Source: Eledone cirrhosa
Lineage: Eukaryota
Reading direction: 5' to 3'
NCBI GenBank assembly: GCA_964016885.1
Contig: OZ024740.1
Coordinates: 194,928,001 to 194,992,000 of the forward strand
Length of the DNA stretch: 64,000 bases
Of this stretch, positions 27,326 to 37,657 are shown piece after piece. Position 1 is the first letter of the stretch. Every line of letters starts with the position of its first letter. The notes under the pieces are model-generated. The model saw only the letters and a program-made list of their open reading frames with translations. It searched no databases and had not been told where the DNA came from. A program made the translations under genes and the position numbers.

Positions 27326-28221
27326 CAAGGTGTGCCAGAAAAGTTCCAGGACTGATGTCACAAAAGATTTATTTCAAACCCAAACTTCACACTAAGAGTT
27401 TTCTTCTTCAAAGTAATCCCCCTGGAGTATGTAACTGTAATCTTAGCTCTGTCCAGCGATCAAACTTTTTTCTTCATAATTTTATATACATGTCCTCTGT
27501 ATCAGGTCGTCAAGCAATGAGCACAGAGCAACGAACGGTTGGGGAAATCTTCATCAGAAGCACTGGGATTGCTGCAGCAAGTGTATGGAGATGAAACGAT
27601 GTCACGCTCATGTGTTTTTGAGTGGGGCAAGAGGTTTAAAGAAGGACACGAGGACATGGAAGATGACCCCAGAAGCGGAAGGCCCTCAACAACCAGGACT
27701 GAGGTCAACATTGAGCGTGTCAGGCAGATGGTGTGTAGCCATCATCGGCTGACTGTTCGACTGATGGCAAATGAGCTGGGCATGAATCGGGACAGCGTCT
27801 GGAAGATTCTCACTGAAGAATTGGACATGCGGAAAGTCTGCACGAAGATGGTGCCAAAACTGTTGAACGATGACCAGAAGGGTCGACGCATGCAAGTGTG
27901 CCAGGACATCCTCGAGCGTCTTGAAACCGAACCAGACTTGCTAGGGACAGTCATCACCGGTGATGAGTCATGGATGCTCAAGGGGGTCATCAAGAGGACT
28001 CGTTTTGAAGATGTGGACGACATCAAAAAGGCCGTGCCGACAGAACTGCAGAGGATCTCGGAAGAATCCTTCCAGGAGTGCATGCAAGCATGGCAGAAAA
28101 GGATGGAAAAGTGCATTAGACCCCAGGGGGATTACTTTGAAGGAGAAATCCCTTAGTGTGAAGTTTGGGTTTGAAATAAATCTTTTGTGACATCAGTCCT
28201 GGAACTTTTTTGACACACCTC

Positions 28222-28222
<1 letters not shown>
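27326..28222 (+). mobile_element. Internally deleted mariner element with ~100-bp TIRs and TA target site
   Basis: TA|CAAGGTGTGCC... and ...GACACACCTCG|TA; 27326-27427 is inverted at about 28118-28222. Confidence 0.92.
27539..28156 (+). CDS. Truncated mariner transposase (HTH DNA-binding part + C-terminus; catalytic core deleted in frame)
   Basis: EDDPRSGRP, KMVPKLL, ITGDESW fused directly to MLKG..RFEDVDDIKK..GDYFEG; probable original ATG at 27517 is out of frame. Confidence 0.85.
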   Translation: MGKSSSEALGLLQQVYGDETMSRSCVFEWGKRFKEGHEDMEDDPRSGRPSTTRTEVNIERVRQMVCSHHRLTVRLMANELGMNRDSVWKILTEELDMRKVCTKMVPKLLNDDQKGRRMQVCQDILERLETEPDLLGTVITGDESWMLKGVIKRTRFEDVDDIKKAVPTELQRISEESFQECMQAWQKRMEKCIRPQGDYFEGEIP

Positions 28223-28296
<74 letters not shown>

Positions 28297-28299
28297 TAT

Positions 28300-28331
<32 letters not shown>

Positions 28332-28332
28332 T

Positions 28333-28731
28333 TTACGTCCGCTTTTCCCTGCTTGCAAGGGTGGGACGGGTCTTATTCAGCACAGCATCTCTCCACTCGT
28401 CACGGTCCCTCGTCATCTCCACCGTGAGCTTCAATGATCTGAGGTCTGTTCTCACCACCTCCGCCCATGTTTTTCGTGGTCTACCTCTACCACGTCTTCC
28501 TTCAACTGGCATTTCCTGGCACTTCTTCACCCATCGGTCATCCTCCATGCACATCACATGTCCATACCACCTCAGTCTCCTCTCCCGTACACTACATTCT
28601 ATCCCTCTCAGACACAGTTTCTCTCTCAACACATTTATGCTGGGTCGTTCACGCACATTTACACTGCACATCCAACGGAGCATGCTTGCCTCATTTCTCT
28701 CCAGCCGTCGCATATCTTCTGCGGTAGCTGC
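28333..28731 (-). pseudogene. In-frame C-terminal continuation of the RTE ORF beyond the premature stop
   Basis: GSET*AATAEDMRRLERNEASMLRW...RRLRWYGHV...GRPRKTW in the same frame. Confidence 0.9.
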
Positions 28732-31395
28732 TCATGTCTCACTACCATGCAGCATCGCGCTCCTCACACAGGCATCATACAACCGGCCTTTCGTACGCAG
28801 GGAGAAACCCTTCTTCGTCAACAGAGGAAGCAGCTCCCTAAACTTCTTCCAACCCGTCCTTATTCTAGATACTATGGCCTCGGAACACCCTCCTCCCATG
28901 CTAATCTGATCTCCTAGGTACCGGAAGCTATCCACCACTTCTATAGCGCCCTCTCGCATTTGAAAAATGTGTCTATCAGTGCGACTTCTACTGTCTAATT
29001 TCCCTGTACATCTACTGCATACATATTTCTCCCTACCTGTTAGTTTGCCTGCTATCCCGCTACATCTCTTGTGTACCCAGGACCTACATTGTGTGCATTT
29101 TATAGAATGTATGCCAGTTCCTTTTCTGCATATCGAACATGGCCATTTCCCTGACGGAATCAGGGTTTTGTCCTCTTTTCTACTCATCAACACTTTTGTC
29201 TTAGCTAGATTTACTCTCAGTCCTCTTGCTTCCAACTGCTGTTTCCATAGCCGGAATTTATTCTCTAGCTCCTCTACTGATTCTGCCATAAGAGCCAGAT
29301 CGTCAGCATAGAGAAGTTCCCATGGACAGCCAGTCTTAAACTCCTCTGTTATGGCTTGGAGGACTATAATGAACAAGAGCGGGCTGAGGACCGAACCCTG
29401 ATGTACTCCTACTTGTATCTGGAATTCCTCACTAAACTCCATTCCTACCCTGACTTTACTGAGAGTACCTCTGTACAAAGTTTGCACTGTCCTTACAAGC
29501 CATTCCTCAACACCCAGCTTCCTTAGGGACCACCAGATGACAGATCGGGGTACCCTATCAAAGGCCTTCTCTAGGTCAACAAAGGTTAAGTATAGTGGCT
29601 TATTCTTCTCTAAGAACCTCTCTTGTCTCACCAAGAAGAGGGCATCTGTTGTACTCTTCCCAGGCACAAAACCAAACTGCATCTCATCTAGTTTGACCCT
29701 TTCTCTAATTAGTTGTGCTAAAATCCTTTCTGCCACTTTCATAACCTGATCTATCAGTTTTATACCCCTATAATTGCTCCTCTCCAAAGCATCCCCTTTA
29801 CCTTTGTAGCAATTTATGAGAATACTGCTGCACCAGTCTTTGGGTATGACACCACCATATATAGCCTGATTGATTATGCGTGCAACCAGTTTAGTGCCTA
29901 CGTCCCCTGATGCCTTCAGCATCTCAGCAACTATTCCCGATGGTCCGGCCGCCTTACCATTTTTCATTTCCCTAATCGCCTCTTGGACCCTATATTCGTC
30001 AATCTCAATAGCTGGTCCCTCTGTCGCATCTACCAAGGGTAATTTCTCTCTCTCCCATTCGTTCTCCACATTCATCAGTCTCTCATAATGACATTTCCAG
30101 GCCTCCTTTTTCTGGTCATTCGTGACACTAAGTACACCGGCATCATCCCGGACACATTTATCACCAACAACATCCTGATTTGCATTGACACACTGCCTTG
30201 CAATGTGGAACACCGCACGCCTCTGATCTTCCCGTCGCAGAACATTGGCAAACCTCCTACTCTCTGCCTCCCTGCGTGCTAAGTACACCTGACGTCTAGC
30301 TTCTCTCTTAGTGGCTGTATATTCTTCCCTACTCCCACCCTTATTCCAAGCCTTCCATGCTAGTCTTTTGTCTCTAATAGCCTTATCTACACTGCTGTTC
30401 CACCACCAGGTCACTCTCTGTCTGGTTGGAGCTCTGCTCCAGCCACAGGTTTCATCAGTAGCCTTCAGCAAGTTGTCACGTAAGAACTTCCAGTTATTAT
30501 CTATGTCATACGTCTCTAAATCGTCTTCTTTTTCGTCATATACATCTTGAAGGGCTTTCCTAAATTTGAATTTTAGTGAAAGGTCTTTTAGCTTCCAGAC
30601 CTTTCTTCTCCACACCTTCCTATATGTCTCATTCCATCTCTTGCTTACTGAGATATCACTAACAACTAACCTATGCTGTGGGGTACATTCTTCCCCAGGG
30701 TATGCCTTGGTATTAGACACTATCTGCCTGTCCCGCTGCCTAACTAGCAGGAAGTCAATCTGGCTTATGTGCTCACCAGATTTGTAGGTTATTAGGTGAT
30801 TGGCAGGTTTCTGGAAGTTTGTGTTGCAAATAGTCAATGTACTTGCATCACAAAATTCAAGAAGTCTCACTCCTTCTTCATTTCTTGAACCGTAACCGTG
30901 CCCACCATGTACCCCAGTGTAACCATCCTGGAGCTGTCCAACATGACCATTGAAGTCTCCTGCTAGCATAACGATGTCTCCGTCCTCTGTCATTGTGGTT
31001 GTTTGCAAAAGTTGCTCATAAAAGCAGTCTTTCTCATCTTTGCCTAGGCCTGCTTGGGGAGCATAGACCGAGATGATTGTCAGTAGTCTCCTACCTACAA
31101 CTAATCTAAGCTTAATTAGTCGATTACTAACTCGAACAACCTCTATTGTCTTATTGATCCATTTCTCAGCCAGGAAAATGCCTACTCCCCCTAACCCATC
31201 ATCCTTACCTACCCAGAATAGCTTATAGCTAAGACGCCTGCCTACGACTAGTCTCGCAGAGGCACCCCTCCATCTCACCTCTTGCACGCAGCACACATCC
31301 ACCTGCCTTCTCTCCAGCATCTCCGCTATTTCAGCAGACCTACCTCTGAGAGTGCCAACATTAAGTGTTGCAACTCTGAGATGCGACGTCTTCAT
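28732..31395 (-). CDS. RTE ORF: AP endonuclease + reverse transcriptase + PHD-like Zn finger (887 aa to a premature TGA)
   Basis: APE motifs LNVGTL, QEVRW, VYAP, GDFN, IDFLL, QHRLV; RT motifs NYRGIKL, QFGF, DLEKAFD, GVHQGSVLSP, YADD; CSIC..CTQC..HKRC..CSRC. Confidence 0.95.
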   Translation of the reverse strand: MKTSHLRVATLNVGTLRGRSAEIAEMLERRQVDVCCVQEVRWRGASARLVVGRRLSYKLFWVGKDDGLGGVGIFLAEKWINKTIEVVRVSNRLIKLRLVVGRRLLTIISVYAPQAGLGKDEKDCFYEQLLQTTTMTEDGDIVMLAGDFNGHVGQLQDGYTGVHGGHGYGSRNEEGVRLLEFCDASTLTICNTNFQKPANHLITYKSGEHISQIDFLLVRQRDRQIVSNTKAYPGEECTPQHRLVVSDISVSKRWNETYRKVWRRKVWKLKDLSLKFKFRKALQDVYDEKEDDLETYDIDNNWKFLRDNLLKATDETCGWSRAPTRQRVTWWWNSSVDKAIRDKRLAWKAWNKGGSREEYTATKREARRQVYLARREAESRRFANVLRREDQRRAVFHIARQCVNANQDVVGDKCVRDDAGVLSVTNDQKKEAWKCHYERLMNVENEWEREKLPLVDATEGPAIEIDEYRVQEAIREMKNGKAAGPSGIVAEMLKASGDVGTKLVARIINQAIYGGVIPKDWCSSILINCYKGKGDALERSNYRGIKLIDQVMKVAERILAQLIRERVKLDEMQFGFVPGKSTTDALFLVRQERFLEKNKPLYLTFVDLEKAFDRVPRSVIWWSLRKLGVEEWLVRTVQTLYRGTLSKVRVGMEFSEEFQIQVGVHQGSVLSPLLFIIVLQAITEEFKTGCPWELLYADDLALMAESVEELENKFRLWKQQLEARGLRVNLAKTKVLMSRKEDKTLIPSGKWPCSICRKGTGIHSIKCTQCRSWVHKRCSGIAGKLTGREKYVCSRCTGKLDSRSRTDRHIFQMREGAIEVVDSFRYLGDQISMGGGCSEAIVSRIRTGWKKFRELLPLLTKKGFSLRTKGRLYDACVRSAMLHGSET

Positions 31396-31584
31396 ATTTT
31401 TCTATGATGTTTTGTTGCTGTGCTGATAAGCTTTTTGGCATTGATACACTGGTTGGATGCCCTTCCTAACACCAGCGCCACTTTACAGCATGGACTGGGT
31501 GCTTTTATTTGTGCCACCAGCACTAGAGAGGATGTCTTACTAGACTCAAGGGCCCTCTCTACCCCTCCATTTTACAGCATGGTC

Positions 31585-31616
<32 letters not shown>

Positions 31617-31867
31617 TTATTGACACGACTCACACACTAATACTCATGCATACAAACCACAACCACACATACCAACACTCATTCATGCATACAATCATGC
31701 ACACCACTCACAAACATATATATATATACATATATTACCGACAGTACTGATACAAAATCAAAATCAAAGTCAAAATCGTCAAAATCACTATCATGTCAAC
31801 TGTTGACCTTTCCCAGTCCAGTTCGGCTTGTATATAATAACAATAATAATTGTTTGTTTACGCTGGT

Positions 31868-31960
31868 AATGGCGGTGGTGGATGGTGTCAGTGTGGTGGT
31901 GGTGGATGGTGTCAGTGTGGTGGTGGTGGATGGTATCAGCGTGGTGGTGGTGGATGGTCA
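31868..31960 (+). repeat. 21-bp G/T-rich minisatellite (TGGTGGTGGATGGTGTCAGTG), 3-4 copies, followed by a (GTT)n-rich tract
   Basis: Direct reading. Confidence 0.8.
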
Positions 31961-32339
31961 GTGATGGTGGTGGCAGTTGTTGGTGCTGTAGTTGTTATTG
32001 TAGTTGTTACTGTTGTTGTTGTCCTTCATTTCACTGCTGCTGTTGCTGCAGACAATGGTGTTGATGCTGTTATTGCTGTCGCATATATACAAATACATAC
32101 ACACACATTCAACACAGACGATGGTGTTGTTGCTGTTGTTGTTGTTGTTGGTGTTGCTGCTGTTGTTGTTGTAGTTGTTGCTGTGTTGAAATCTGGTCGC
32201 ATCCACTGAGATATACATATACACACACATACACATATGTATATACACATACATACATCATATATATATATATATATATACATATATACACATTTATTGA
32301 ATAATCAAAACTGTAGTGGTATGTCGCATATCCAATCTC

Positions 32340-32975
32340 TCATATATTTTATCTGATGAAAATGTACTGAAACACCATTGTACCTTTCAAATATGCATAA
32401 TAAAATAAATATTTTGGTTATGAGAATATTTTTCATTTATTAATATTTTGAATAATATTAAATATTCCAGAAAAATAGCTGTCGAGTGCTTCTAATCTAT
32501 TGTAAAATTGTATTCGTTGAATAATCAATGAACCAAATAAACTTTGGTTATATATATCATCATTTATCATCATTTCATTTTACGTCCGCTTTTCCCTGCT
32601 TGCAAGGGTGGGACGGGAACTGATTCTGGCTTGATTTCTACAGCTGGATGCCCTTCCTAACACCAACCTCATTTACAGTGAGTGCTGGGTGCTTTTTTGC
32701 CGTGGCACCTACACGACCACTTTGCAGTGGAATGATAGGGACCCCAGTCCCTATCGTCTCATTTCTACAGCTGAGTAAACTGGAGCAATGTGAAATAAAG
32801 TGTTTTGCTCAGGGAAACAACACATCACCCGGTCTGAAAGTTTATTTGGTTCATTGATTATTCAACGAATACAATTTTACAATAGATTAGAAGCACTCAA
32901 CAGGTATTTTTCTGGAGTATTTAATATTATTCAAAATATTAATAAATGAAAAATATTCTCATAACCAAAATATAT
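32340..32975. mobile_element. Penelope-type pLTR remnant plus inverted copy, separated by a SINE A
   Basis: About 32410-32545 is the reverse complement of about 32838-32972; degenerate CTGATGA core at 32353. Confidence 0.7.
32557..32837 (-). mobile_element. 5'-truncated SINE family A
   Basis: Reverse complement of the body and tail of 55799-56136. Confidence 0.9.
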
Positions 32976-33330
32976 ATACATGGCGGTACACATGTATTGA
33001 GAGCTTCAAGATAGTAAAGAATCATCTGTACTCCACCAACATGCTAAAATTCTCATAACCAATATATATATACATGGCGGTACGCATGTATTGAGAGCTT
33101 CAAGATAGTAAAGAATCATCTGTACTCCACCAACATGCTAAAATTCTCATAACCAAAATATATATACATGGCGGTACACATGTATTGAGAGCTTCAATAT
33201 AGTAAAGAATCATCTGTACTCCACCAACATTCTAAAATTCTCATAACCAAAATATATATACATGACAGTACACATGTATTGAGAGCTTCAAGATAGTAAA
33301 GAATCATCTGTACTCCACCAACATGCTAAA
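32955..33330 (+). repeat. Tandem repeat, 4 x 94 bp
   Basis: Units start ATTCTCATAACC at 32955, 33049, 33143 and 33237; only a few substitutions between them. Confidence 0.95.
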
Positions 33331-33477
33331 ATGGAGAACATAGAAATGAAGATAGAATCTACACACAGAAGAGATGCAATGTTTAGACAAATCACAGAAG
33401 CAATAAACATAAATGAACTCCAACCAAAATTAAATAGAAAACATGAATGGAATAGCAACATCACAACTTACAATTGA
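33283..33477 (+). pseudogene. Penelope-like GIY-YIG endonuclease C-terminal fragment
   Basis: Manual translation ELQDSKESSVLHQHAKMENIEMKIESTHRRDAMFRQITEAININELQPKLNRKHEWNSNITTYN*; RQxxEAxxI...LNxKxEWN pattern; followed by a pLTR-like region with CTGAAGA...GAAA at about 33681-33758. Confidence 0.65.
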
Positions 33478-34686
33478 GGACAAAATGAAAACACACACAC
33501 ACATAGAACAAACAACCAACCAGTAACATGTAAATAAACAAATAAATGAACAAATATAAACACACACAGATACCCGGATGTAACACATGCGCAAACTAAG
33601 CACACAACACACACAATAACAAGATGGCATAGGACAGAACAAGGTAGAGCCACAAAAACAAAGAGAAGAATCCCCAGTCACTGAAGAGGTCATAGAATGT
33701 GTTACAAAAGAACTTATATATGAACAATCGTCTGGTTGTGGAACCAACCAACCAGAAATTTATAAATTCTTAAATTTATAAATTTAAATTATAATAAATT
33801 GGAGTGAAAGCAACTGGTGCGTGTGTTTCTTATTGGCAACATGACCCTCCCAAAGCATAACAATATCGGTTTCAACACACGTTTTCAGATAAAGAATCTT
33901 GCTAAACAAATTCAGAAACAAAATATATATATATGCATATATATATATATATATGCATATATATATATATATATATGCATATATATATATATATACACAT
34001 ATAAATACACACACAAACATATATATACATTATATCAACAGTACATTTTCCAAATACATGTGTTTCACTAGGTGGATCTAAATGTACCCTCGCAGCTAGT
34101 CAGTTTGGCCATCTTAAAATAAACACTTGTAAAGATTCAGTTCTTTTATTTAAAAATTCCAAAGAAAGGTGTCTCCTCACAATGCAACAGTTTTTTTACA
34201 GGCAGACCTCAAATCAAATTTTCATTTTTCAATTTCCTATTCTCTTTTCCTTATTTTTCATGATAAGTTTGGGTTAAACGTAACTCTGTTATGAGCGTCC
34301 TGACTTGCATCATTTTTGGATAATGGAACAGAGCCATCAAAATATGTATAGTGATTTCATGGAACAAAAGTTTTTAAGCAAATCTTCCAGTCCGGGCTTC
34401 TGTTGTTATTTTATAAATACTTTACTGTTCCTGCACGAACCACTGGATACCACATCTATGATGGATGACTTGCATAACATTGAGTGCTTTGATACATCAC
34501 AATCTGCTTCTAGCCAGAACCATCAGTTCTACCAATTGGTAATCAAAATAACCTCAATGATATATGTATATATAATAGTGATAAAATATTGTAATTTGCT
34601 TGAAGCATTGTATATAATATATAACATTGAAAGAGATAGAAGGCTAAACAATGCAAAATGGACTGTAAGGCGAGGGAACAAGAAGT

Positions 34687-34800
34687 AAAAGTAAATTACC
34701 TGGTAATCATTGTTTTTTCTTTGTTGTTCTATTATCTGTCCAGATAAAAGAATAATAATAACAACAACAACAAAAAAAGATTACCAGGTATCTTACTTTT
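34687..34800. repeat. Imperfect hairpin (~114 nt)
   Basis: AAAAGTAAATTACCTGGTAATC ... GATTACCAGGTATCTTACTTTT. Confidence 0.7.
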
Positions 34801-34866
34801 CAAAAACTGTCACATATCAAGATCGTTGATGCTGGTATATCATGAAAACATTATACATCTCATATG

Positions 34867-34944
34867 TATTTTATCTGATGAGAGCATGCTCTAATTTATG
34901 CTAAACATAAATGTTTGCATCCCCGAAATATATATAATGAAATA
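34867..34944 (+). ncRNA. Type I minimal hammerhead ribozyme motif (Penelope-associated)
   Basis: Stem I TATTTTAT/ATGAAATA; CTGATGA 34875-81; stem II GAGCATGC..GCATCCCC (2 mismatches); GAAA-T-ATAT-A-TA; predicted cut after 34936. Confidence 0.65.
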
Positions 34945-35597
34945 AATAGTGATGTTATAAAGTATATACCTTTCGTTTATTACTATTATATATACTAGAC
35001 CCCCCCCCCCCCCCCGTGACCTGTTGGGCCATGTTCACTTCAAAATATTTTTTTTAAATCATGTTAGCTTAAAAATAATTTTTAAATATACACAGACATG
35101 TATATAATGTGAAATGAAACTGGAAGGCCCATATATATACATGTGTGTATGTATATATATATAAATGTTTGTTTGTATACACACATATATATATACACAC
35201 ACACTCACATATATATATACACAACAACAGCTCTCTCTCTTCCATTCTCCTTCTCTGTCTCCTCTCCCTCTCTCTATGTCTCTCTTTCAATCTACTCTCT
35301 CACAACCACTATCTCTTTCTCTTTATCCTTCTCTTTCTCTCTGTTTATGAAGGTACCCAGAAAACCCCATATCTCGGGAACCTGAACTTCGACTGACGCG
35401 AAATATGTTTTATTCCATTTGTATTCCCTTTTCAGGGTCAACTTCCTTTCAAAGTATTTTCCCATTATGTGCCCTTTTGGCTGTATTACATTACAGACAA
35501 GCAAGCAAGCAAGCAACCAACCACTGACTTTTAGTAATATATAGATAGATATATACATTTTTAATTTGTAGACATGTAAACATGCCAGAAAATACGA

Positions 35598-35640
35598 ATT
35601 TACCTGCAAATTGAAAAAAATGACAAAAATGAAAGATTTT
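35598..35640 (-). promoter_or_regulatory. Candidate recursive splice site (ratchet point)
   Basis: aaaatctttcatttttgtcatttttttcaatttgcag|gtaaat; junction 35604/35603. Confidence 0.4.
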
Positions 35641-35947
35641 CGAACCTGGTTGGGTCCCCATCATAAGGCAAGTATATCATATACACAACCACAGCAAAAC
35701 ATGTACTTGATGGGCTTATATGCCCATTCACTCTTAAATACATGTATGTGTCTGTGTAAGTATGCACACACACATATACAAACGTATATATAGGCAAGTA
35801 AACAAACATTTGTAAATTGTTATTACCAATATTGATGTGTATATAAATATATAGATATGTTTATATAGGTATAAACATATATACACACATATAGATTCAT
35901 GCTTATATGCTTATACATATATACAGAATTTGTGTGTGCGTGGGTGG

Positions 35948-36031
<84 letters not shown>

Positions 36032-36129
36032 TAAAGAGCACATTCATCAACATAAAATTTAAAAGTGACTACAAAATATTTGTAGTGATATAAATGAATA
36101 AACAACGCACACATATACACACATACACA

Positions 36130-36130
<1 letters not shown>

Positions 36131-36161
<31 letters not shown>

Positions 36162-36505
36162 GGTTTAGCGTCCGTGTTCCACGCTTGCATGGGTTTGGAC
36201 GGGGGTTTTCCCACTTGAGGCAAGAGTGGTTGTCTTGCTCGCATAGGACTGTCTGGCGGGTTTTCTACAGTTGGATGCCCTTCCTAACACCAACCACATT
36301 TACAGTGTGGGGCTGGGAGGTTTTTACCGTGTTGCCTACACGGCCACATTACAGCGTGGACTGTCTGGCGGGTTTTCTACAGCTGGATGCCCTTCCTAAC
36401 ACCAACCACATTTACAGTGTGGGGCTGGGAGGTTTTTACCGTGTTGCCTACACGGCCACATTTACAGCGTGGACTGTGTGTTTTTTTGTCGTGACACCTA
36501 CACGA
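36131..36505 (-). mobile_element. Bipartite RTE-derived element with a duplicated ~111-bp module
   Basis: GGACTGTCTGGCGGG...CACGGCCACATT repeated twice; same family as 57241-57485. Confidence 0.8.
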
Positions 36506-36647
36506 TCTCATTTGTTTCGGCCTGGATGTTGTGGGACCAACATAACTGTACATTGAAAGGGGCGGTGTGGATGGGGTGGAGGTGGTGGGACGGGGGGGTG
36601 TTTTGATAGAGATGCCTACTGACTGTAGTAGGTTTTTACTTTGTATT

Positions 36648-37024
36648 TAGGTAAGGCGGGTCTTCTCTATTACTGAGTACCGCCAAAGGTCTCGGTCCAG
36701 TGACATTGTCTTGGAGAGGTGTAAGCGTGTGAGGTCGGAATTTATCAGCTCGTCCCATGTTTTTCTGGGTCTGCCTACTCCGTGGCTACCGTCTATCTTT
36801 ATTGCCCTGCACTTTGTTATACAGCTGTCGTCTTTCATGCGCATCACGTGACCGTACCAACGTAGCCTTCTCTCGAGTAAACAATCTGATCCCACTTATT
36901 TCTAATTTTTTCCTTAGTTCGTTTATGCTTTGCCGTTCACGTATATTACTATTGCACATCCAGCGGAGCATGCAAGCTTCGTTCCTCTCTAGTCTGCGTA
37001 TATCCTCTGCACACAATGCCCACA
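36648..37024 (-). pseudogene. RTE LINE 3' fragment
   Basis: WALCAEDIRRLERNEACMLRW and ERRLRWYGHVMRM...GRPRKTW with a frameshift. Confidence 0.85.
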
Positions 37025-37110
37025 TATATAAATACATTGGTGCTGTCTCAGATATCCACTCTGTCATATATACAGATAAACTGTATGTAAATATATATAT
37101 ATCTGATTGA

Positions 37111-37231
37111 TAATATAGAAATGGCTTCTACAGAACTAGAACTATTTCATTCGACGGAAATCATCAAGGCTTTCCTGTTGATTTCCTTCGAATAAAATAG
37201 TTCTAGTCCTGTAGAAGCCATTTCTATATTA
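37111..37231. repeat. Near-perfect 121-nt hairpin followed by a pLTR-like tail
   Basis: TAATATAGAAATGGCTTCTACAG.ACTAGAACTATTT ... AAATAGTTCTAGT.CTGTAGAAGCCATTTCTATATTA. Confidence 0.85.
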
Positions 37232-37657
37232 AACATTGTATATACTCTACTATGTATTGAGTACCTTACTTAATGTGGTTACCCTTGATTGAACCCGGGG
37301 TACACACACACACACACACATATATACATATACACTTACATACATATTTATATATTGACATATATATCCTTACATACATATTTATTTATTTATTTACATA
37401 TATATTTATATATACACATATATATGTTTACATATGCATATATAATATTCATATATACATATATATATAAACTTACATACATATTTATATATTTACATAT
37501 ATATACTCACATATTTATATATTTACATATATATACTTACATATTTATATATATATACATACATATTTATATATATATACATACATATTCATATATATAT
37601 ATATATACACATGTATATATATATACACATGTATATATACACATGTATATATATATA

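Larger units (their letters stand above)
28300..31588 (-). mobile_element. Near full-length RTE-clade LINE (~3.3 kb)
   Basis: Short 5'UTR with GGAAGGGCATCC motif, single APE-RT ORF, stop immediately followed by an (ATG)n tail. Confidence 0.95.

Noticed and set aside
28361-30787. Plus-strand ORFs overlapping the LINE
   Set aside because: Antisense shadows of the RTE coding frame
33280-33282. In-frame TGA as selenocysteine in a Penelope-like ORF
   Set aside because: Lies in a truncated junction fragment and no SECIS can be identified; ordinary decay is simpler
32955-33330. CRISPR-like array
   Set aside because: Contiguous near-identical 94-bp units with no unique spacers, no cas genes, eukaryotic context
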